Made by a program: the position numbers and the translations under genes. 62,000 nt of DNA, taken from positions 169,342,001 through 169,404,000 of the forward strand of contig OX597814.1 of assembly GCA_951406725.2 (NCBI GenBank), written 5' to 3'. The notes below the pieces were generated by a model. It was given only the letters and a program-made list of their open reading frames with translations. It did not search any database and was not told where the DNA came from. Shown one piece after another: positions 50,434-62,000 of the stretch (positions within the stretch are counted from its first letter, which is position 1; each line of letters begins with the position of its first letter). This stretch comes from Octopus vulgaris. Lineage: Eukaryota.

Positions 50434-51481
50434 CCCTTTCGTTACCAAACCGCCCAAAGCCGTCCGAAAAAAATTTTGGTTAATGTGACCAAACCGCCCG
50501 AATTTACCTATTCATATTTAAATGAGAATATCAGAGCAAATCTCTTTAGTACATTCGTGAAAACACGTATTATACTTCGTAAACAGTTCAACTACAGTTT
50601 TGTACAATAATCGAAGTGTAATTTTAATTCCGTGAATTTTGAGAGATTTTTTTCCGAAATTTGTTCCTATTGTGTTTTCAAAATTTGTAATTCTGACAAA
50701 AAATGGATACGAATTTCATTATATCAAGCAGCTTCTACTGAAGACCTTCATAAATCTAACTCTATGACTGAAAAAAAAAAGCACATGGTATTTGATAATG
50801 AATCTGATGTTTCATTTTCCGAAAGTGAAAACAGTGAATTCGAGAGCTCCGACAGTGATAAAGAAAACGAATTGGCACCTGAATGGAGTGAAAATTTAAA
50901 AACTGTTTCTTTCGGTGATTTTTCTGAAGAAACTGGACCAAGCCACAGACTTTCCCAGAGGAGTAAAGCCTTAGACTATTTCTTTTTACTTTTTCGAATG
51001 AGCCTATTTGAAATCATTACGGCGAAAACAAACCGTTACGCTAAACGTAAACAAAGCGAAAGAAACGATAGTTTGTGGTTTCCCATAACCTTAAATGAAA
51101 TTAAGACTATTTTGCCGCAAATATTATTATGGGTATCAGAAAGTTACCCAGAATAACAAATTCTATCGTAAAATTTTGTTGTATACCCAATTGAATATTA
51201 GCTAATAACCCATTTTCTATAGCGATGTTTGAACAAAATTTTAATTTTATATATTGTTGAATTTACCTGTATCTACCTGCAATTAGAGTCACTTTGTGAC
51301 TGACAAAAATTATAGTATAGAATTGGTTGAGAACATTTCATTAAATTATCTTCCAAAAATCAGATTAATATATTGATAAATAAAAAAGTTATAGTTGTTT
51401 AATGAAACCAGACTAAATTTATGATTACGTTAGAAATTAATTGAAACACATATTTTGGTCAGAAATATAGTAACGAAAGGG
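50434..51481 (+). mobile_element. Internally deleted piggyBac element with the N-terminal transposase ORF (50632-51156)
   Basis: TIR CCCTTTCGTTAC / GTAACGAAAGGG, flanks TGAA and TTAA; acidic N-terminus then ALDYFFLLF..LFEII..TNRYA..W.PITLNEIK as in piggyBac transposases. Confidence 0.9.
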
Positions 51482-51696
51482 TTAAAAAATGTGGATTGGG
51501 TTTCAAATCTTAGTTTACCTCTTTTGTAGCTGTTTCCTACACTATCACCAACCCACACCTGTTTCCAAGTAAGGCAATATTTCCCATGAGCAGTCCTGTT
51601 ATCAAGGAATATAAGGAATGAAGGACACCGCTTATATGATCGTGACACTCATTTACAACTATCGCATAATTTCAAGGCAAGTAATCACTTACACAT

Positions 51697-51745
<49 letters not shown>

Positions 51746-52142
51746 TGACAGGCTTCTTTCAGTTTCTGTCTGCCAATGTCGTCATTCACAAGGCGTTAAT
51801 CAATCTGGAGTGTTAGTAAAAAAAAACACTTGCCCAAGGTACCACACAGTGGAATTGAACCTGAAACTGTGTGGTTTAGAAAACAAAACTTCTTAGTGTA
51901 CAGCCATGCTTGCACCATGTAATTTAATAAATCAATCTTCCAATAAATTCTCATTTCTTTCCATTTCCATTTTATTTTATTTTTAAATCTCTCGTGAGAC
52001 TATTTCTGATTCTGCTGGAATATTTCTTAAATTAATGACACTTGACCATTCTATGAAATACCACAATATTGATGGTGTTAACTCCATTACATGGTTTCTA
52101 TAGGTCAGGTTTTAAATCGATATCTCTGATGGTGTTGTTCGA

Positions 52143-52190
<48 letters not shown>

Positions 52191-52817
52191 TGATAATGAT
52201 AATAATATATTATCAAAATGAGAAATTTCTAAACCTCATATCAAGTTCCATTTGATAATGTTGTCTTTGATAATAACGATGATACACTCCTTAATTAAGT
52301 TAACTTCCTTATTTTGATATTAGTGAATTCAATTTCTTTTTTTTTTTTTAGAATTATCTGATTTATCTCTCTATGTGTAATGGAACTTTCACTGACTTTC
52401 ATATGATCATATATATAGCTAACATGATGAACAAAAGCCAAAAAGGAACCGCTGCATGTTCAATAGATCTGCTTGAAATAGCAGCCAAATTTCTTTCAAA
52501 TGACACTTTGCTAGCTGAAAAAAGAAGACACATTTGCTTGTGCTGTCCAAAATAAACACTATAACTGAAAAAAATTCTTATGATGGCCATGGCTATGATG
52601 CTCCTCTGCTACTCCAGCTCATGCTCAGAGATACACATATTGTCAGCCAACAAGGGACATGCTGGACTGGTTAAGGTCAAACAGCTGACAAGCAAAGTTG
52701 TATTGAGCACAATATTTGCTCTCGTCCATCTTTTATACTAAGACAAAGCATGTACATGATAACACTTCCAATCATTTAATATCAGAAGCCATGGGAGCCA
52801 GTGCCTGGTATTTATTG

Positions 52818-53245
52818 CTATTATTATTATTATTATTCAGTAGTTTTATTTTTATAGCGTGCTTTCACTTCACTACCGAGCGCAGCTCTGTGTGCCTTGG
52901 GTATGTGCAAGAGACAACAAGTTGGAAGTTCATGTTGGTGTCATGCTTAGGGTGCCATATATTTGGTTTTGTACATAGTGTTGTTCTAGAGAATGTTTAA
53001 GAAATCATATGAAAATTATGTTTGTTTTAAAACTTGAGATTACATAGAAAGTATTTTGCGTAGGATATGAGCAGTTCCCATGAGCACTATCATTTGAATT
53101 TTTGCCATTTTGGGGTTTCCTGGTATCTGAGCCAGGTAGCAATCAGCCCCTTTTGCTATCATTCCCAGGGCACCTATGACAACAGGTATTGTTTTAGTCT
53201 TCAGGTTCCACATTTTGCTAATTTCTATTTCAAGATCTTTATATT
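52818..53245 (-). mobile_element. R4/Dong-like 3' fragment with (TAA)n on both sides
   Basis: [32 protein letters not shown]; (ATT)n at 52818-52838 and 53247-53315. Confidence 0.85.
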
Positions 53246-53252
53246 TGCTCAG

Positions 53253-53312
<60 letters not shown>

Positions 53313-53789
53313 AATATTATTAAGCTCCTCCCTTTGACGGAGCTGCAGTCCTGCATGAAGATTAGATTGAAACTGGGAGCCTGACACTTAGAATGTTGTC
53401 AGGCACTTACAGACCTCTACCAGTCGGTCAATGGGATCAGTGGATGTTCTACTTTAGAAATTTATAGAGTATTAGTGGTGGGGAAGTGCAACAACGTTTT
53501 CAGGAAGACTCTGGCTGGCAACAAAAATGAACTGGCTAGTCTGCTCCAGAGGACTTTCTGGTCAGAACTACCATGGCAAGCTGGCAGAAATGTTAGCATG
53601 CCATGCGAAATGCTTAGAGGTATTTCATCTGTCTTTACGTTCTGAGTTCAAATTCCGCCAAGGTCGACTTTGCCTTTCATCCTTTTGGGGTTGATAAATT
53701 AAGTACCAGTTATGCACTGGGTTCGATGTAATCGACTTAATCCCTTTGTCTGTCCTTGTTTAGCCCCTTGTGGGCAATAAAAAAATAAG

Positions 53790-54596
53790 GAACTACCACG
53801 GATAATTTCCAGATGTCCTTGAACTGGCAGTGCTACCAGGGGGCACTACCAGCTCAAGATAATCTCTACTGGCATGGATGTGCTATCAGACAGGCTTGTC
53901 CAAGGTGCTCGCAGAGTGATGAAATTGTTCTGCTTGCACTCATTCAGTGTCTGGGCATTGCTGACTTGTGGGTTATGTCAAACAGCTGCTATCACATGTG
54001 GGATGGATCCATCTATCAGTCGAGTCTGTAGTAATGGTTTCCCTACCTACCTCCTTCAATCAGGCAGGCAAGGCAGTTTTCCTTTGCTTAGTGGCTGTGG
54101 TAAAAGAGGTTGTTTGGTGGACAAGGCTGAAAGGCACGAGAACAGATACATTCCTCTTTGGTAGAGCTCTCACTGACTTCTTCAAGTTTCACTTGAAAAA
54201 AAATTGTGAGTGGAGCGAGAAGTGCTGTCTTCAAGTGAGTTTATTGAAAGATGGGTGAAAGTTGTGAAAAATGGCAAGAGTGGGGGAGTCAGAGAGAAGG
54301 AATTGGAGTGGACACTTGCTCTTGGTGTTCAGGGAAATCTCAGATAGTGGGGTTGCTCGATTATCCCTAAAGGTCATTCTGTATAAGGAAGGCTATCATC
54401 CTCTCCTCACTTTTGTTTTTATCCTTTGTATACTGTGTATATGTCTCTTCCCTTTCATTGTATACAGTGTATACTTACTTTTTTTATAAATATTTTATCA
54501 TTTCATCATATGTAAATCCCCATATTTTATGTCTGTCTTTGTATTGTACCCTTCATCCTTCACCCTGGTGGCAAATAAATGAAATCATTATCATTG
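53790..54596 (+). mobile_element. Tx1/L1-like LINE 3' end (CCHC finger plus 3' UTR); second 3' UTR copy at 56849-57018
   Basis: WQCYQGALP..CPRCSQSDE.V..ALIQC..IADLW..VKEVVW; AATAAA plus an (ATT/ATC) tail. Confidence 0.75.
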
Positions 54597-54646
<50 letters not shown>

Positions 54647-56820
54647 TTCCTTATTTCTTGCCAGGTGTCTGTATCATTGGTAGGCCATTGAAATAAACAC
54701 ACCAGATTGTTCATTTACAAAGTCATGTGATAGATAAAAAGGGGAAGAAAGACAGAGAGAAAAAGGAAAAAATAAAAAATAAAAAGGTAAGCAAAGAAAA
54801 TAAAGGAAAGAAAATTCACTGCGACAATGCTCTTTTCAGTACATGCAATGAACCAGTTGAGACAATCTTTTGTACTTCCTGCATGGATGATAAACCAGGA
54901 ATCATTCTTAAATAACTTTCAGTTCCTTTTTTGATCATTGCAAGTGCTCCTATAATCACTGGTATTGTAGCTGCCTTGAGATGCCTCAGTTTTTCAAATT
55001 CAATCAACAGATCTTTATATTGTATAAGCTTATCAAATTCTTTTGCTGAGATATTATGGTTACAGGAATTACTCATGTCAATCAATGAACAAACTTTATT
55101 GTTTTGGTCTTTCACAACAATATCTGGTTTATTTGCTTTGATGATCCAGTCTGTACATACTGGAAAGTCTCAAAAAATTGTTACATTTTCTCTCTCAGTT
55201 ACAGCCTCAAGGTGGTGCTTGTGCCATTTGTCAGTAGTTTTCATTTCAAAATGCCGACACATTATCCTATGTAGATATTAGTCACCTCTGTCATGTCTTG
55301 ATTTGTACTCTACAGGTGCGAAAACCTTACACCTAAAGATTAGGTGGTCTACTGTTTCAATCCCATCATTGCTGTATTGGCACTTTGGATCTTTTCCATT
55401 TTTCATCACACTGGCTTGATAGTTCCAGGTCAATAACCTCTAATCTTGAGTAGCCAAGATAAAAACCTTCACTCTCTGCCTTTAGGCCTGAGCTCTGTAG
55501 CCACTGATGGGTCTGTTTCAGGTCTACATTAGCTTGTTTGTTATGGACCACATATTTGCATGCAGAGGCTTTTGTTCCCACTTATCAGCCAATTATTCAA
55601 ATGCATTTTGCTTTGCTATTGATTTCACCTTCTTTGCAACTATACATGAAAATTTTTTTGCTCTCCTTCGTAACAGAATGAAGCTTATTTCTTTCATGGG
55701 TTTCAACAAACTTTAACATCCAATTGTTAGATGTTTCAAGATATTTTGCCGGTCCAATAGCTCTGGGTAGGTAAAGATGATTTGTATCTGCCTTTGGGTG
55801 GTGCATCTTATTGCAAGTCAGCAGCTTACAAATTTTCGTGTCAATCTTCCTTATTTCACTCATATTCCAGTTCAACACATTGAAACTGTAAATAACAACT
55901 GGAACTGCTAAAGAATTTATAGCCAACACCTTGTTACGTGAATTTAACTCGGATTTTAGGACTGCTCAAACTCTCCTGTAACATTCCTTCCTGATCTTCT
56001 CTTTCATGCTTGATGCTGAATGCCAGAGCCCTAATTTATTCCGAGGTATTTGTAAGTTTGTTCCTGCTCAAGTTCTTTTATGTCTGTGTCAACATCTAAC
56101 ACCACTGAATGTGAGGTCTTCAATTTACCTTCCTGGAAAGTGGATTTGGCACATTTATCAAAACCAAATTCCATCCAGATGTCATCACTGAATGCTTTTA
56201 CAATATGTAGTAGTCCTTTAAGCTCATTATCACCTTTGCCATAGAGTTTTAAGTCATCCATATAAAATAGATGACTTATTTTCTTGTCGCCAATTTTATA
56301 TTCATACCCTGTTCTGTTAAGGTCCCTTGAAAGGCGTATTACGGCTCTACAGAAAATTAAAGGTGAAAGTGAGTCACCTTGGGAAATGCTGCAGTTAATA
56401 TTAATATTTTTTGTGATCAGTACTCCATTAGAATGATATAATTGGAGATTTGTATTCCACATTGACATATTGTGCTTCAGGAAGTTTGAAATCATAGGAG
56501 AAATTTTGAAGATATCCAGCAATTTCAAGATGCTTGAATGCAGTATGTTGCCAAAGGCCATTTTATAGTCAATCCATGTGGAACTGAGATTTCTGCATTT
56601 GTTATAACAGTTCTCAAGGATCATGCGATTTTGCATCCATATGAGTCTCACTGGCACCCTTTTTCTTCAGTGGGGAAAATATTGTTCTGTTCCATAAATT
56701 TATGTGTTTTCTCCATGAGGATGGATGTTGAAGTTTTATATGTCGCAGATAGACATGTTATAGGTTAATAGTTTTGGGAAAATTTTGTTTCATTATTCTG
56801 CAAGAGGTAAGTAATACCTC
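54647..56820 (-). mobile_element. Degenerate R4/Dong-like RLE retroelement (RT, zinc-knuckle region, RLE)
   Basis: SQGDSLSPLIF, HLFYMDDLKLY, AINSLAVPV..MHHPKAD..LYLPR, LKAESEGF, LIDMS..KYKDL-like..IPVIIGAL; frameshifts; (TAA)n tail 54597-54646. Confidence 0.9.
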
Positions 56821-57221
56821 TTGCTAACCAATCAAGTGTTTTTTTTAACCTTTGTATACTGTGTATATGACCCTTCTCTTTCATTTTATACAGTGTATAC
56901 TTACTTTTTTTTTATAATTATTTTATCATTTCATCATATGTAAATCCCCATATCTTATGTCTGTCTTTGTATTGTACTCCTCATCCTTCACCCTGGTGGC
57001 AAATAAATGAAATCATTATTATCATCATCATCATCATCATTAAAGTCAAAATTAAAAGAAGAGTGCCATTGTCATCTAGTGAAGGATATTTCAACATTTT
57101 GTGTGTCTTCAACATGCTCAAAAAATAATTTTGTCAATCTACTTCATTTTGGTTTATATATAAGTAACTCCTCCAGAAGATAAAAATTAAAAGAAGAGCG
57201 CCATTGTCATCTAGTGAACGA

Positions 57222-57286
<65 letters not shown>

Positions 57287-57287
<1 letters not shown>

Positions 57288-57845
57288 ACATTTGATAGTT
57301 TCAGGCAAATTTCTACTGCATCACCTGCTACACTTCTGTATTGCTGGGATGTGTGCAGCATTGTATGTTCTCTTCTGTTTTTAGGGGAGTGCATACTCTT
57401 CCTGATATGGTATTGCATGCATTTGTTTTGTTATGGGGCCTGGTTGTCATGTTTTGTTGCATTAGCATTTGTATTGTGTTGTGTATGTAATGCAAGCTAT
57501 TTTCTTCTGTTGGGTATCTATATATCCTGTAGAGTACATGTTGTGGTGGTTATATATTTTATTAGATATTTACTGCATAGAGTGGGTCTTGTTTTTGTGG
57601 ATTGTTTTGTTTGGGTAATATTATTGAATTGATAGTGTCTTGCGTAGGATGTGGGCTGTTGCTACCAGGGCTATTTTTTGGATAGTGTGTAGTGTTGAGG
57701 GTCCAGGTATAGTTTCTACATTTTTGTCCATGTGTTTTTTTATCATACTCAATGTTCCATTATTACGGTTATTGTTTTCACCTTCATGCCCCACAGCTTG
57801 AATACTTCAATTTAGAGGTCTTTATACTTTGACAATTTCTCTACT
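57287..57845 (-). mobile_element. R4/Dong-like 3' fragment with (TAA)n tail
   Basis: [27 protein letters not shown]; (ATT)n 57222-57285. Confidence 0.8.
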
Positions 57846-57849
57846 TCTT

Positions 57850-58950
<1,101 letters not shown>

Positions 58951-59435
58951 GAGAGATGGTGATGGTTGTAGTGGTGGTGGTGGTTGTGGTGGAGGTGGTG
59001 GTGATTGGATAGTGAAAAGTGTAGTTTTTTTAAAGAATTGAACTAAGTTTTTTTTTTTATATCACCTATCACTTAATGCATGTGCATAAGTGCAATTCCA
59101 TGAAATATTCAAGATTATTTGCATGGCAGATATATGCAATTTAACTAAAGGTTGTATCATATGTATAGGATATTTATTTTGTTCATGGGAAAAATGGAAA
59201 AATAAGAGTGAATATATATTTTACGAGCACTGTATTTTAAGTCTATAAAATTGTATATAAGTATATAAAATGTATAAATAAAATACATAAAGTAATCATT
59301 ATGAGTAGAAGATGAGTGACTATCTTCCCATACAGACACATAACAGGCTACGCTTTCAGGTTTTTTGGATAAAGTTTTCAGAAATAACCCAATAGGTTTA
59401 CCCTTAATTCTGTGAAATATCCATGGGTCCCGCTA

Positions 59436-60545
59436 GTTATTACTATTATGCTGGTGCATGCTAATTTAGTTAGCAAGTATTTTATCTTGCAGTCTGGTAA
59501 CAACAAGTCCCCTCAAATCTCAGGAATTTTTCTTAGGATTCTTGCAGAATATAGTATGGTAATTTTCAGCAGGTCAACCTTTTGAGTTTCAATTTCAATT
59601 TCTATCAGTCTTTTTGGTAGCATTTTGGGTGTTGTGCCAAATGCACCTATTATTACAGGAATAATTGTTATCTTGGTCTTCTACAATCTCCTTAGTTCTC
59701 TAGCTAGATCCTGTTATTTCTTATTTTTTTCCATTTCTCTGGAATCAATTCTGTTATCATAGGGAATTGCAAAATATATAATCTTGTATTGTTTGTTTAT
59801 TTTGTCCTTTATAATTCTGTCTGGCCTTCTTGCTTCAATAGTATGGCCAGCCGTTATGGCAAAATCCCACCAGATCTTGTAACTCTCATTGGTTCGTGCT
59901 CATACCTCTTTCCTGTTGTTTTGAAGCCACATACTCAACTAAGAATCCAATGCACTCTTTTGCCTACAAACTCATGCCTGTGCTTGTATTCTTTTTGTGC
60001 TACTAAACTGCACTCACTCAAAAGATGATTGATATTTTCATCACCTTTTCTACAGATTCTACATTTGCTGTCTGACTGAGTTTTGTTGATCTTTGCTTTA
60101 TCAGGTTTATTCTAAGGGCTTGTTCCTGAGCAGCTGTAATTAGTCTTTCTGTTTCACATTTCAAATGCCTGTTGGTCAACCAAAGCGGGCTTTACTTTAC
60201 TGGCAATTGCACCTTTGTATATCCATAGCTTGCTCTAGGTACACAAGTATGGAATTTCTACCTCTACCTTTTCTATATATCAAGCAGGATCATTTTCTTG
60301 AAGGAAGCAGAATCCCATGTTTTCCTACATATTAGACCTTTGGTCTTTGCTAGGTTAACTTTAAGGCTTTTTGGTCCCAGGTTTCCTTTTACAACTGAAA
60401 TTTTTTCCTAATTCTATAACAGGAAGCGGGGCATTAGCCCATAGCTGTTTCCTAGGATAACCAGACTTAAATTCCTGTGTTATGTTCTGCAGACCTATAA
60501 TAAATAAACAGGATCTGAGAACTAAACGTTGGTAAACTAATTCAC
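59436..60545 (-). mobile_element. R4/Dong-like fragment from a different subfamily
   Basis: LKCETERLITAAQEQAL, CRICRKGDENINHLLSEC (CCHC), FAIPYDNRIDSREMEK, IPVIIGAFG. Confidence 0.85.
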
Positions 60546-60546
60546 A

Positions 60547-60824
60547 CTGTTGTGTCTGGGGAGAGTCATTTTCTTTTTGTGTCTTATAATGTAACACACT
60601 CACAGGTAAAATTTCCACTTATTTCTTATTTTTATTTTCCTAAAATTTTCGTTGCATCTTGCCACCTTTTCAATAGTCAAGACAATAGTCAAGACTATTG
60701 AAAAGATTGCAAGACACAACGAAAATTTTAGGAAAATAAAAATAAGAAATAAGTGGAAATTTTACCGGTGAGTGTGTTAAATTATAAAGCACAAAAAGAA
60801 AATGACTCTCCCCAGACACAACAG
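60547..60824. repeat. Fold-back palindrome (132-bp arms, 14-nt spacer)
   Basis: 60547-60678 vs 60693-60824 inverted, about 90% identical. Confidence 0.9.
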
Positions 60825-61221
60825 AATATGCTTCAACACACAAACTCATATGAAGAATCTTGCAAACCAAATCCAAAAACGAAATAATTCACACTAATTT
60901 ACTGCTATATTCATTACAAATTCTCACCTTACTGATGACACCCCTGTATATGGTTTGCATGGCTCTCCCAAGTCTTTGATCTTACTCTCTTGGTTTTTCA
61001 GTGACCACCAGATCACAGAGCGAGGAAGATTTGGTGATTTTTTTTTGTAAATTAACTTTTTCTAGAACTACAGTTATGGAAATTTAAAATAAAAAAAATT
61101 AAATTGAACTTCATAACTCCCCTGCCCCACCCTCCTTCTCTCACTACACACACACTTCAGCAATGTAGCTATACACATGCTGTGGGCGACTCCTTTCCCT
61201 TCTTTGAACTTTTCCCTTCCT

Positions 61222-61258
61222 CCTTCCTGATGAAGTGCAATGCTCGAAACATCAAAAA
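61222..61258 (+). ncRNA. Decayed minimal hammerhead-like motif
   Basis: CTGATGA-A-GTGC-AAT-GCTC-GAAAC-ATC; stem II has one mismatch, stem I is weak. Confidence 0.4.
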
Positions 61259-61365
61259 CTCTATCTTTCTACTAAACGTCAAACTAATATATTCCTTGCG
61301 CATGTCCTCTTGTTGTCTGTCAATTTCATCATTCGTTTGTATTGAAATGATTATTTATATGAATT

Positions 61366-61409
<44 letters not shown>

Positions 61410-61418
<9 letters not shown>

Positions 61419-61758
61419 TAGGTTAATTGAGTTAGAGGTGAAAATAACCATCTAAGGGATAGAAGTATCCATTACACTACTGGTGTATTACCTATATTTA
61501 CCATAGGCATACATATGCAAACACATTACACTCATAAATTATAGGTAAAGACAAGGATAATACATGGGTTTATCAAGAATCAAAATTTAAAGAAAACAGA
61601 AAATCGAGAAGTACTAATGAACCACAATTGACTTACATCAATTATTATTTATTAATTCAATGCAAAGAGACAGGAAATGGATGGGATGCAATCTATTTGC
61701 ATTGAATTAATAAATAATAATTGTTGTTCATCAGTACTTCTCCATTTTCTGTTTTCTT
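61410..61758. mobile_element. TA-flanked element ending in an imperfect fold-back (61590-61666 vs 61696-61758)
   Basis: Inverted arms; CTGATGA on the minus strand at 61734-61728 and CTAATGA in the other arm. Confidence 0.65.
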
Positions 61759-61799
61759 CATATATATATATATGTGTGTGTGCGTGTGTATATATATGT

Positions 61800-61830
<31 letters not shown>

Positions 61831-62000
61831 CATAAATATATAAATATATAGAGAGAGGGGCATATAAGCTCTCTATAACTGGAGGTAGGAAACAAACCTT
61901 TTAAGTATTATTGCTCTAATTTTTAAAGTGTGCTTCAGTTTGGATTTATAAACTAATGAGTGATTGTGTGTGTGTGTGTGTGTTTATATATATATAAGAG

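Noticed and set aside
57195-57220. CTCF-like motif (CACTAGATG..GGCGC on the minus strand)
   Set aside because: The spacing is broken by extra bases

Overview
AT-rich, microsatellite-dense animal DNA. The SINE families look like those of octopus, which is an inference from recognised tRNA-derived CORE-like and RTE-tail SINE sequences. Most of the window is transposon-derived. Retroelements: about 30 SINE copies from at least five families, one young 5'-truncated RTE LINE with an uninterrupted 620-codon RT ORF (34479-37921, -), five R4/Dong-like RLE retroelement fragments at 44.4-60.5 kb, a Tx1/L1-like 3' end and a Penelope-like GIY-YIG fragment. DNA elements: mariner, piggyBac, pogo, 8-bp-TSD, Helitron and Helentron-type non-autonomous copies. 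No host gene can be named. Phase-consistent chains of small candidate exons suggest a + strand gene across about 31-44 kb and possibly a - strand gene ending near 1.4 kb, separated by a CpG-retaining zone at about 10-22.5 kb. The most unusual signals are decayed Penelope-type minimal hammerhead-ribozyme motifs in short non-coding elements. One of these elements has a tRNA-like Pol III head (8172-8490), and several long fold-back hairpins turn at or next to such motifs. All family assignments come from motif recognition by eye, not database searches, and boundaries of old copies are approximate.
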